Shown one piece after another: positions 36,756 to 45,241 of a stretch of DNA of 47,815 bases. The stretch covers positions 1-47,815 of the forward strand of contig CAUGFC010000001.1 in NCBI GenBank assembly GCA_959598545.1, written 5' to 3'. Source of the DNA: an uncultured Olsenella sp. GTDB lineage: Bacteria; Actinomycetota; Coriobacteriia; Coriobacteriales; Atopobiaceae. Every line of letters starts with the position of its first letter. Position 1 is the stretch's first letter. The notes under the pieces are model-generated. The model was given only the letters and a program-made list of their open reading frames with translations, searched no databases and was not told where the DNA came from. The position numbers and the translations under genes were made by a program.

Positions 36756-37886
36756 CTAGAGCAGCTCGATCCGCCCCTCGCGAACGGTGAGGCCGACCTC
36801 ACCCGAGAGCAGCTTGTCGAGCGTGGAGCCCGCGAGCTCCCAGCGCCAGCCGCGCGAGAGCGGCGACTCGTCGCGGCTCTGCACGAAGTCGAGGAGGTCG
36901 TCGCGCGTGGCGATGAGCTGGGTCGCCACGCCGCTCCCCTCGGAGGCCAGGCGCAGCACGGCGTACATGAGGTCCACGACCCCCTCGGTCTCGGCGGAGG
37001 GGCGCGCGTGGCGGATGACCTTGGGGCACTCGTCGGGCGGACACGCCTGGCCGCGGGAGACCGCCTCGAGCAGGAGCCGCGCGTCGCGCTCGGGAATCTG
37101 GTCGGTGCCGCGGATCTTGCGGAGCCGGTCGAGCGAGGTCGGCGTGCGCTTGCACACCTCGACGACGACCTCGTCGGAGGCTACCCACTTGCGCGGGAGG
37201 TCCCGGCGAGCCGCCGACTCCTCCCTCCAGGCGCACACCTCGCGTGCAACGGCGAGCTGACGCCGCGTGAGCGAGCCCGACCGACGCAGGCGGAGGTAGG
37301 CATCACGCGGGTCCCTCCGCAGGCGCGCGGGGTCGCAGAGGGCCTCCATCTCGGGGAGGACCCACGACAGGCGGTCCCTCGCGACGAGCTCGGACATCAT
37401 CTGGTCGTAGATCGCCGGGAGGTAGCGGACGTCGTCCTCGGCATAGGTGAGCTGCTCGGGGTCGAGCGGGCGCCGCGACCAGTCCGTGAGCGACTCGGCC
37501 TTGGGCAGGCGGACGCCGCAGCACGCCTCCACGACGGCCGCGTAGCTCGCCTGCTGGCGCATGCCGAGAAAGGCCGCGGCGAGCTGCGTGTCAAAGACGG
37601 GCGCGCAGACGACGGACATGCCCTCGAGAAGGACCTCGAGGTCCTGGCCGCAGGCATGGAGCACCTTGGTGACGCTCGTGTCGGCGAGCAGCCTCGCGAG
37701 CGGCGAGAGGTCGTCTATGAGGATGGGGTCGATGGCCGCTATGCTCTCCCCCGCCGCGACCTGCACGAGGCAGAGCTTGGGGTAGTAGGTCTTCTCGCGG
37801 AGGAACTCGGTGTCGACGGCGATCACCTTGGCCGATGCGGCCTGCTCGCAGAAGTCGGCGAGCTGCTCTGATGTGGAGAGGTACAA
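36756..37886 (-). CDS. rnd: Ribonuclease D (DEDD exonuclease + HRDC)
   Basis: AVDTEFLREKTYYPKLCLVQ, HACGQD, FDTQLAA, DWSRRPL, YAEDDV, GWRWEL. TTG start inferred. Confidence 0.93.
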   Translation of the reverse strand: MYLSTSEQLADFCEQAASAKVIAVDTEFLREKTYYPKLCLVQVAAGESIAAIDPILIDDLSPLARLLADTSVTKVLHACGQDLEVLLEGMSVVCAPVFDTQLAAAFLGMRQQASYAAVVEACCGVRLPKAESLTDWSRRPLDPEQLTYAEDDVRYLPAIYDQMMSELVARDRLSWVLPEMEALCDPARLRRDPRDAYLRLRRSGSLTRRQLAVAREVCAWREESAARRDLPRKWVASDEVVVEVCKRTPTSLDRLRKIRGTDQIPERDARLLLEAVSRGQACPPDECPKVIRHARPSAETEGVVDLMYAVLRLASEGSGVATQLIATRDDLLDFVQSRDESPLSRGWRWELAGSTLDKLLSGEVGLTVREGRIELL

Positions 37887-37989
37887 GGCGCTCGATTCTC
37901 CCCTTGCGGGGTTTGGGTACACTTGTCTAGGGCGCGAGACGCGCCCCACCATGATACCCAATCGCCCCGCCCGACCCGGGAGGAGATCC

Positions 37990-38961
37990 GTGCGCGCCCT
38001 CGTCATACACAACCCCCGCTCCGGCTTTGGGTCGGACGCCGTCTTCCAGTTCGAGCGTGCCCTGCTCCAGGGAGGCGACGAGTGCCTCACCCGCGTGCTC
38101 GACGAGGACTTCGACCCCGCCGCAGCCTGCGCAGGGGCGGACGGCTTCGACGTCGTGGTCCTGTCGGGCGGCGACGGCACCATCTCGACGCTCCTCCACG
38201 AGCTCCGCGACACCAACGTCCCGACCTGCGTCTTCCCCTCCGGGACCGCCAATCTGCTCTGCGCGAACATCGGCAACGCGCCCGAGCCCTCCGCCCTCGC
38301 CCGCGCCTGCCGCATCGGCAAGACGGCCCGACTCGACATCGGCGAGATCTCCTGGACCACCGTCGACGGCGAGGCGGGGCGGCGCGGCTTCGCCCTCATG
38401 TCGGGCACCGGCTTCGACGCCCAGCTCATGCAGGCGGCGCTGCCCAACAAGGCCGTCATGGGGCAGGCGGCCTACTTCGCCGCCGCGCTCTCGAGCCCCC
38501 GGCCGACCGTGGGGCGCTTCTCCATCACGGTCGACGGCGAGACGGTCGAGCGCGAGGGCATCACCTGCCTCGTCGCCAACAACGCCATGATCCAGGGCGA
38601 CATCGAGATCGTGCCGGACTGCCGGATGGACGACGGGCTCCTCGACGTCATCGTCGTGGAGACCTCGGACGCCGCGCAGCTCCTGAAGCCCCTTGCGTTC
38701 GGCCTCGTGGACCGCAGCGGCCACGCCATCGGACGTCCGCACATCGAGTCGTTCAGGGGGCGCGAGATTCGCATCGAGTGCTCGACCGCGATGCCGCTCG
38801 AGGTCGACGGTGAGGTCATGCCGGGTCTGGTGAGCGCCTACGAGGCGCGGGCCCTGCCCGGCGCGGCGCGCATCGTCGTCGACCCGATGAGCCCCTACGG
38901 GACCGAGGACGACGGCTCCTCCCGCTTCGGCGGCTCGGACGTCATCGCCTACCCCAAGTAG
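37990..38961 (+). CDS. Diacylglycerol/lipid kinase family protein
   Basis: HNPRSG, SGGDGT, PSGTANL, GFDA, DDGLLDV, EVDGE; GTG after GGAGGAG. Confidence 0.9.
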   Translation: MRALVIHNPRSGFGSDAVFQFERALLQGGDECLTRVLDEDFDPAAACAGADGFDVVVLSGGDGTISTLLHELRDTNVPTCVFPSGTANLLCANIGNAPEPSALARACRIGKTARLDIGEISWTTVDGEAGRRGFALMSGTGFDAQLMQAALPNKAVMGQAAYFAAALSSPRPTVGRFSITVDGETVEREGITCLVANNAMIQGDIEIVPDCRMDDGLLDVIVVETSDAAQLLKPLAFGLVDRSGHAIGRPHIESFRGREIRIECSTAMPLEVDGEVMPGLVSAYEARALPGAARIVVDPMSPYGTEDDGSSRFGGSDVIAYPK

Positions 38962-39046
38962 CGGCGAGACGGGGCACGCCCCTCGCAAGCCGCATCGGTT
39001 CCGACCCCCTCGCTCTCGGGGGGGGGGGAAGACGGTCGCGGGGTCC

Positions 39047-39358
39047 CTAGAGCGCGAGCGTGAGCGCTGCGTAGGCGGCCATGCCGGCGAGCGCGCACCA
39101 GATCAGCGACCCCGTCCTTCTCGCCATGACCACGACGAGGGCCGCCGCGAGCAGCGGCCGCCAGGAGAGGCCGACGGTCGGGTCGAAGAGATCGTTGGCG
39201 ACGAGCGCGGCGAACGCGGCGGGCGGGATGAGCCCGAGCGCCTCGCTCACGCGCGGGGAGAGCTCGCGACCCTTGAGGGCGAGGAGCGGGACGCAGCGGC
39301 AGGCGAGAATGACCGCGAGCACGCAGCCGTAGAAGACCAGGAAGTCAGTGGTGCTCAT
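39047..39358 (-). CDS. azlD: AzlD-domain membrane protein
   Basis: Small hydrophobic protein with LIPPAAFAALV; overlaps azlC. Confidence 0.85.
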   Translation of the reverse strand: MSTTDFLVFYGCVLAVILACRCVPLLALKGRELSPRVSEALGLIPPAAFAALVANDLFDPTVGLSWRPLLAAALVVVMARRTGSLIWCALAGMAAYAALTLAL

Positions 39359-40058
39359 GGCGCGACCCCCTCCCGAGCGCGCCCGCGACGAGGCCGGCCG
39401 CGACGCCCAGGAGCGCGCCGAGCAGGACGGCGAGCGAGCCGGCTCCGAGCACCTTCAGCGCCACGACGGCCGCCACTGACGCGACGACCACGACGACGTT
39501 GACGCGCGTCCACGACTGCCCCACGAGCAGGCAGACGAAGATCGACGTCATCGCGAAGGACATGATCGTCGTGGGGATGGCGAGGGCGGGTCCCACGGCC
39601 GCGCCGAGCGCGTTGGCCGCCGCCCACGAGAGCATGCTCGCCACGTTGACCGCCGTCGCATGCCGGACCGTCCAGGACTTGTCGGCGACGAAGCGCCCCA
39701 TGTTCACCCCGAAGCTCTCGTCGGTCACCGTGGCGGCAAAGAGCGCGGCGAGCGGCCGGGGGGCTCGCTCGGCATAGCGCGAGAGGGCCGCGGAGTAGAG
39801 CAGCTGGCGCGTGCTCACGAGCGCCACGCTCGCCACCATGGAGGCGACCGGGGTGCCCGCAAGGGCGAGCGAGGCCATCATGAACTGCCCGGCGCCCGAG
39901 TAGAACGTCGCCGAGACGAGAAACGCGACGGCAGGCGACAGCCCCACCTCGGCGGCCATGACGCCGCAGGGGATGCCGATGGCGACGTAGCCGAGCATGA
40001 CGGGCAGCGCCGCCGGCAGGGCGGCGGCGAGGTCGGAGCGGAGCGACGAGTCGGGCAT
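39345..40058 (-). CDS. azlC: AzlC-family branched-chain amino-acid transporter permease
   Basis: PVMLGY, FYSGAGQF, RQLLYS, TDESFGV. Confidence 0.9.
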   Translation of the reverse strand: MPDSSLRSDLAAALPAALPVMLGYVAIGIPCGVMAAEVGLSPAVAFLVSATFYSGAGQFMMASLALAGTPVASMVASVALVSTRQLLYSAALSRYAERAPRPLAALFAATVTDESFGVNMGRFVADKSWTVRHATAVNVASMLSWAAANALGAAVGPALAIPTTIMSFAMTSIFVCLLVGQSWTRVNVVVVVASVAAVVALKVLGAGSLAVLLGALLGVAAGLVAGALGRGSRHEHH

Positions 40059-40059
40059 G

Positions 40060-41124
40060 CTACTCGGAAAGGTCCGCGGGGAAGCGCACGCCGACCTGGC
40101 GGCGGATCTCGTCCATGACGGCCAGGGAGTCGACCGTGACCTGCTCGAAGCGCGCCGCCGCCTCGAGCGCGGCGGCCTCGCCGCGCACGGCGGCGGTGAA
40201 GTCGTCGATCTCGCAGACCATGTCATTGGCGGGGACCTCGGCGGGAACGGGTCGGGTGGACGCCTCCTCCATGCGGAATATCAGGCCCTTGTCCTCGTGG
40301 TCGTGCACGCGGGGGTTCACGGGGCAGGACGTCTGGTCCCACAGAAGCGTCCCCTCCTCGCCCTCGACCTGCGAGGGGATCACGTCGTCGCACATCTTCC
40401 CGTAGGAGAGGCTCACGATCTTGTCGTCGTAGCCGAGAAGGGCCTCGCCAGCGAGGTCGATGGTAGAGCAGGGGTCGTCGGCGTCGCAGCCCGGGACGGG
40501 TGCGGTGACGGCGAGGGCGCGGACCGTCTCCGGCCTGCCGAAGAGGGCCACGGCCGGCTCGACGCAGTAGACGCCGATGTCCATGAGGGCGCCGCTTGCC
40601 AGCACGGGGTCGAAGATGTTCAGGCGCTCGCCGGCGCGCAGCCGCGCCATGCGCGAGGTCACCTTGGAGAAGCGCAGCGTCGCCAGGCGGACGGCGCCGA
40701 GCTCGGAGGCGGTGACGCGCTCGATTGCCGCGAAGGTGGGCACATGCAGGTTGCGCATGGCCTCCATGGCCACGACGCCCCTCTCTCGCGCGGCGGCGAA
40801 GACCCTGCGGGCCTCGCGCTCGTTGGCGGCGAGCGACTTCTCCACGAGCACGTGCTTCCCGCCGGCGATCATGGCGAGCGCCTGCTCGGCATGGAGACCA
40901 TTGGGGCTGGAGACGTAGACCGCGTCGACCTCGTCGCTCGAGGCGAGCTCGGAGAGGTCGTCGAAGAAGAGTCGCGCGCCGTATCGCTCGCCGAACGAGC
41001 GGGCGCGCCCCAGGTCACGGGAATAGGCCGCGACGTAGTCGGCCCCCTCCGCCACGGCGAGCGCCTCGAGGAACCGCTCGCAGATGCCGCTCGTACCGAT
41101 GGTCGCGAACCGAACCGTGCCCAT
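40060..41124 (-). CDS. Gfo/Idh/MocA-family oxidoreductase
   Basis: TIGTSGI, DAVYVSSPNGLH, GKHVLVEKS, GALMDIGVY. Confidence 0.92.
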   Translation of the reverse strand: MGTVRFATIGTSGICERFLEALAVAEGADYVAAYSRDLGRARSFGERYGARLFFDDLSELASSDEVDAVYVSSPNGLHAEQALAMIAGGKHVLVEKSLAANEREARRVFAAARERGVVAMEAMRNLHVPTFAAIERVTASELGAVRLATLRFSKVTSRMARLRAGERLNIFDPVLASGALMDIGVYCVEPAVALFGRPETVRALAVTAPVPGCDADDPCSTIDLAGEALLGYDDKIVSLSYGKMCDDVIPSQVEGEEGTLLWDQTSCPVNPRVHDHEDKGLIFRMEEASTRPVPAEVPANDMVCEIDDFTAAVRGEAAALEAAARFEQVTVDSLAVMDEIRRQVGVRFPADLSE

Positions 41125-41226
41125 GAGTCTCCCTTCGTTGTCTGCTCCAAGCCGATTCTACACCGTCCTCTCCCGTGCGCGACGCCGTGCGCCCTGCTAT
41201 GGTTCTCTTTGTGACAAGGAGGGGCC

Positions 41227-41964
41227 ATGGAGAAGTACAGCTTCGAGAGCCGCGTGCGCTACAGCGAGTGCGACGAGACGGGACGGCTCTCGCTCGTCTC
41301 TACGATCGACTACCTGCAGGACTGCTCCACGTTCCAGTCCGAGGAGCTCGGCCAGGGGTTCGCGTCGCTTGAGGCGCGCCACCTCGCCTGGGTGCTCGCG
41401 ACATGGCGGATCGAGATCGACGACCTGCCCGCGCTCGGCGATCGCATCCGGGTCTCCACCTGGTGCTACGAGATGACGCGTGCCCACGCGCTGCGCTGCT
41501 TCGAGATCGAGGCGGCCGACGGCCGCTCGCTGGTGCGCGCCGACTCCCAGTGGATCATGTTCGACGCGGAGCGGGGCCACGCCACCCGCGTCGCCGAGGA
41601 CCAGCTCGTCTACCGCTCGGACGCGCCGCGCCTGGAGATGGGCCCGCTCGACCGACGCCTGCGGGCGAGCGGTGAGGGCACCCAGCTCGCGCCCGTGCGC
41701 GTGAGGCCCCATAACCTCGACACCAACCGACACGTGAACAACGCGCAGTACGTCATGTTCGCCGCGGAGGCGCTCGGGGACGCCGCGCTCTCGAGGACGC
41801 GCGGGTGCGTCTCGGTGCTCTATCGCCAGATGGCGCACCTGGGCGACCTCCTCGTCCCCGTGGCGTACCCGTGCGAGCGCGGCTGGGACGTCGAGCTGAC
41901 GGATGGCTCGGGCGCCACCTACGCGCTCGTCCGGTTCCAGCGGCCCGAGGACAGGGAGGACTGA
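41227..41964 (+). CDS. Acyl-ACP thioesterase family protein
   Basis: RVRYSECD, YLQD, AWVL, LDTNRHVNNAQY. Confidence 0.9.
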   Translation: MEKYSFESRVRYSECDETGRLSLVSTIDYLQDCSTFQSEELGQGFASLEARHLAWVLATWRIEIDDLPALGDRIRVSTWCYEMTRAHALRCFEIEAADGRSLVRADSQWIMFDAERGHATRVAEDQLVYRSDAPRLEMGPLDRRLRASGEGTQLAPVRVRPHNLDTNRHVNNAQYVMFAAEALGDAALSRTRGCVSVLYRQMAHLGDLLVPVAYPCERGWDVELTDGSGATYALVRFQRPEDRED

Positions 41965-41966
41965 TC

Positions 41967-42392
41967 ATGAGCGAGGTCACACGGGTCGCGGCGGCCCTCG
42001 TCCACCGCGACGGGAGGCTCCTGGCGGCGAGAAGGGCAACGGGTCCGCAGGAGGGGCTCTGGGAGCTGCCGGGCGGCAAGGTCGAGCCCGGCGAGCGGCC
42101 CGTCGAGGCCCTGCGTCGGGAGATCCGGGAGGAGCTCGGCTGCGAGCTCGGGGCCGCCTGGCTCTACGACACCGTGGAGCACGACTACCCCGACTTCCAC
42201 CTGACGATGGACTGCTTCGTCTGCACGCTCGCGTCGGGGGCCGAGCCCACGGCGAGCGAGGGCGTCCACAGCGAGCTCCGCTGGCTCGCACGCGAGGAGC
42301 TTCTCGACGTGGAGTGGCTTCCCGCCGACGTCGCGCTCGCCCGCTCGCTCACCCACTACTGGGACGAGGCCTTCGCCGACCAGCTCCTCTAG
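41967..42392 (+). CDS. NUDIX hydrolase (MutT/NudG-like)
   Basis: WELPGGKVEPGE....ALRREIREELG Nudix box; WLPAD. Confidence 0.92.
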   Translation: MSEVTRVAAALVHRDGRLLAARRATGPQEGLWELPGGKVEPGERPVEALRREIREELGCELGAAWLYDTVEHDYPDFHLTMDCFVCTLASGAEPTASEGVHSELRWLAREELLDVEWLPADVALARSLTHYWDEAFADQLL

Positions 42393-42431
42393 CGTCTTGG
42401 TATGATTGAGGGCAACGAGGGAGGAGACCCC

Positions 42432-42845
42432 ATGGCCGAAGACAGGGACCAGCACACCGAGGATCGGGACGAGGACGGCTCGAGGCCCCCCGTCATCGAG
42501 AGCGCGAGCGGCACGACCGACCCCGAGAACTCCAGCTCCGGAATCGGCGCCTATGTCGTCTTTGGCGTCGCCGTCGCCCTGCTCGCCGTTCTCTGCCTCG
42601 GCGTGTCGAGCTGCACCGGCATGCTCAGCACGCTCGCGGCGCAGTCCCACGACCACTCATACGGCTACGACCTCGACGGCTTCGGGCACGACGACCCGTA
42701 CTACGACCTCTACGACGAGTTCCTCTCCCCCGACGACGACCCCTACTACGACTTCGGTGACGACCTCGACTGGACGGGCGACGGTTGGTTCTCGAGCCGT
42801 CTCGTCGCCGCCGGGGCGCGCGGCGCGGAAGGAGCCCGGGCATGA
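42432..42845 (+). CDS. Hypothetical single-pass membrane protein with Asp/Tyr-rich tail
   Basis: GGAGGAG RBS, one hydrophobic helix, GC3-rich codons, stop overlaps thyA start (ATGA). Confidence 0.7.
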   Translation: MAEDRDQHTEDRDEDGSRPPVIESASGTTDPENSSSGIGAYVVFGVAVALLAVLCLGVSSCTGMLSTLAAQSHDHSYGYDLDGFGHDDPYYDLYDEFLSPDDDPYYDFGDDLDWTGDGWFSSRLVAAGARGAEGARA

Positions 42846-43690
42846 GCAAGGCAGACGACCTCTTCATCTCCATGTGCTCCGACATCATCGAGCACGGCAC
42901 CACCACCGAGGGTCAGAAGGTCCGCCCGCACTGGGAGGACGGCACGCCCGCCTACACCATCAAGCGCTTCGGCGTGTGCAACCGCTACGACCTGCGCGAG
43001 GAGTTCCCGGCACTGACGCTTCGCCGCACCGCCCTCAAGTCAGCCATGGACGAGGTGCTCTGGATCTACCAGCGCAAGTCCAACAACGTCCACGACCTCA
43101 AGCCCCACATCTGGGACGAGTGGGCGGACGAGACGGGCTCGATCGGCAAGGCGTACGGCTACCAGGTGGGCGTGAAGTCCCACTACCCCGACGGGGACTA
43201 CGACCAGATGGACCGCGTCCTCAAAGACCTGCGTGAGAACCCCTACTCCCGCCGCATCATGACGAACCTCTACACGTTCGCCGACCTGTCCGAGATGAAC
43301 CTCTACCCCTGCGCCTACAACGCGATCTACAACGTGACGCAGGAGCCGGGCGAGGACCGTCCCACCCTGAACATGGTGCTCGTCCAGCGCAGCCAGGACG
43401 TGCTTGCGGCCAACAACTGGAACGTGTGCCAGTACGCGATCCTGCTCATGATGGTGGCGCAGGTCTCGGGCATGAACGCCGGCGAGCTCGTCCACATGAT
43501 CGCCGATGCCCACATCTACGACCGTCACGTCGACGTCGTGCGCAAGCTCATCTCGCGCCCCACCTACCCCGCCCCCACCGTCCGCCTCAACCCCGAGGTC
43601 ACGGACTTCTACGACTTCACGACCGACGACCTGGTCGTCGAGAACTACGAGCACGGCCCGCAGGTAAAGAACATCCCGATAGCGGTCTGA
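42842..43690 (+). CDS. thyA: Thymidylate synthase
   Basis: FPALT, IWDEWAD, YGYQ, SRRI, LYPC (catalytic Cys), QRSQD, DAHIYDRH. Confidence 0.95.
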   Translation: MSKADDLFISMCSDIIEHGTTTEGQKVRPHWEDGTPAYTIKRFGVCNRYDLREEFPALTLRRTALKSAMDEVLWIYQRKSNNVHDLKPHIWDEWADETGSIGKAYGYQVGVKSHYPDGDYDQMDRVLKDLRENPYSRRIMTNLYTFADLSEMNLYPCAYNAIYNVTQEPGEDRPTLNMVLVQRSQDVLAANNWNVCQYAILLMMVAQVSGMNAGELVHMIADAHIYDRHVDVVRKLISRPTYPAPTVRLNPEVTDFYDFTTDDLVVENYEHGPQVKNIPIAV

Positions 43691-43752
43691 GCGCCCGGCG
43701 AGAAGCGCCGGGGCAATACGCCGAGCCCCAACGGTGCAGAAAGGTATGAGAG

Positions 43753-44250
43753 ATGAGCTGCAAGCTGAGTGCGATCGTGGCGGTGTGCGACGACTGGGGC
43801 ATCGGGCTCGACGGCGGGATGGTCGTCGAGAACCGCGAGGACATGCGGCACTTCGTGGCCTGCACGACGGGTCACCCGGTCATCATGGGGAGAAGGACGC
43901 TCGAGAGCTTCCCGGGCGGACGCCCGCTCAAGAACCGCCGCAACGTCGTGCTCACGCGCGACGCGTCCTTCTCGCCCGAGGGCGTGGACGTGGTGCACTC
44001 CGTCGAGGAGGCGCTCGCCGCGGTCGCGGACGAGGACGAGGCGTGGGTGATCGGCGGCGGGCAGGTCTACGAGCTGCTCCTCCCCCACTGCGAGCGCGCC
44101 GTCGTGACGCGCAACCACTGCGTGCGCCCCTGTGACACCTACTTCCCCAACCTGGACGCCGACCCAGCCTGGGAGGTCGTCGAGACCCGTGAGGGCGGCG
44201 TCACCCCCGAGGGCGTCCCCTTCGACTTCGTGACCTACGAGCGTCGCTAG
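43753..44250 (+). CDS. folA: Dihydrofolate reductase
   Basis: AIVAV..GIG, VIMGRRTLESFP, RPLKNRRNVVLT, VIGGGQVY, DTYFP; follows thyA. Confidence 0.95.
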   Translation: MSCKLSAIVAVCDDWGIGLDGGMVVENREDMRHFVACTTGHPVIMGRRTLESFPGGRPLKNRRNVVLTRDASFSPEGVDVVHSVEEALAAVADEDEAWVIGGGQVYELLLPHCERAVVTRNHCVRPCDTYFPNLDADPAWEVVETREGGVTPEGVPFDFVTYERR

Positions 44251-44269
44251 CCGAACCCCACCCGTTCAC

Positions 44270-44335
44270 CGAGAAAGACATCCTGACCAAAATCACCCTT
44301 GTGAACGACCGATTTTGGTCAGGATGTCTTTCTCG
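44270..44335. repeat. Perfect 25-bp inverted repeat with a 16-nt loop
   Basis: CGAGAAAGACATCCTGACCAAAATC (44270-44294) and GATTTTGGTCAGGATGTCTTTCTCG (44311-44335). Confidence 0.9.
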
Positions 44336-44367
44336 CGTGCGTGAGATACAAATGATGGATCCACGGC

Positions 44368-44405
44368 AGAGAAAAGGACCCGCCAGCCGTGAGACTGACG
44401 GGTCC
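44368..44405 (-). terminator. Intrinsic terminator of the adhE-kinase transcript
   Basis: Minus strand GGACCCGTCAG...CTGGCGGGTCC followed by TTTTCTCT. Confidence 0.8.
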
Positions 44406-44428
44406 GAAGTCGTGCGATGTGACGAGCG

Positions 44429-45202
44429 CTAGTCGGTGTCGACCGCGGCGTCGACCTGGCTGCGGAGGAACTCCTCGGCGTCCTTGCGGCCGCGAGAGAG
44501 CTCGGCGGCGGCCATGACGGGCACCCAGTAGTGGACCTTCTGCTTGGCAATGTCGGCCTTCTTGGAGAAGAGGTCGAGGTAGGCCTCGGCGTGGCCGGGG
44601 TGATACATCTTGAAGAGGATGTAGGTCATCGCGGCGTCGGCCTCGGGAAGGCCACGGGTGACGTGGGTCCAGTCGCAGGCGTAGAGCGTGCCGTCCTCGG
44701 CAACGATCACGTTGGACGGGTTGAAGTCGCAGTGGCAGATGCTGCGGCCCGGCGCCATGCGGTCAGCCCTCATCTGGAGGTCGTAGCGCACGGACGGATC
44801 GAGCTCGGGGGCCTTGCCCACCATGCCGGCGATCTTGGTCTTCTGGTCCTTCATGAGATCGGAGCCGTGGACGCCCTGGATCTCGATCTGGAAGTCGACG
44901 AACTGCTCGAGGAGCTTGTCGTACTCGGGGGTGCCCTCGGCGGCGTCCATCAGAGAGCGCATGGTGACGCCCTCGACGTACTCAGTGGAGAGGGCCCAGG
45001 AGCCGTCGGCGACCTGGGAGACCTCGAGGACCTTGGGGACGCGGACGCCGGCCTCGATGACGCGGGCGATGTTGAGCGCCTCGTTGAAGACGTCGGACGC
45101 GGGCTTCGTGGCCTTGAAGACCTTGACGATGCGACCGCCGTCGACGTAGACGACCTTGTTGTGGCGCTCGACGATGACCTGCTTGCTGTCAGAAAGTTCC
45201 AT
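44429..45202 (-). CDS. APH/choline-kinase-fold phosphotransferase of unknown substrate
   Basis: IVKVF (Lys), NEA (Glu), VPKVLEV, EYVEG hinge, CHCDFNPSNVI catalytic loop, CDW metal-binding motif; AAGGAGG RBS. Confidence 0.85.
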   Translation of the reverse strand: MELSDSKQVIVERHNKVVYVDGGRIVKVFKATKPASDVFNEALNIARVIEAGVRVPKVLEVSQVADGSWALSTEYVEGVTMRSLMDAAEGTPEYDKLLEQFVDFQIEIQGVHGSDLMKDQKTKIAGMVGKAPELDPSVRYDLQMRADRMAPGRSICHCDFNPSNVIVAEDGTLYACDWTHVTRGLPEADAAMTYILFKMYHPGHAEAYLDLFSKKADIAKQKVHYWVPVMAAAELSRGRKDAEEFLRSQVDAAVDTD

Positions 45203-45241
45203 TGCTGCCTCCTTCTGGGCAACGAGAAGAACGTGTGCGGA

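Noticed and set aside
39018..39028. G11 homopolymer as a phase-variation tract
   Set aside because: It sits between two convergent stop codons, outside any CDS or promoter.
44429..45202. Aminoglycoside resistance gene
   Set aside because: Only fold-level kinase motifs; housekeeping context and host-like codon usage give no support for a resistance function.
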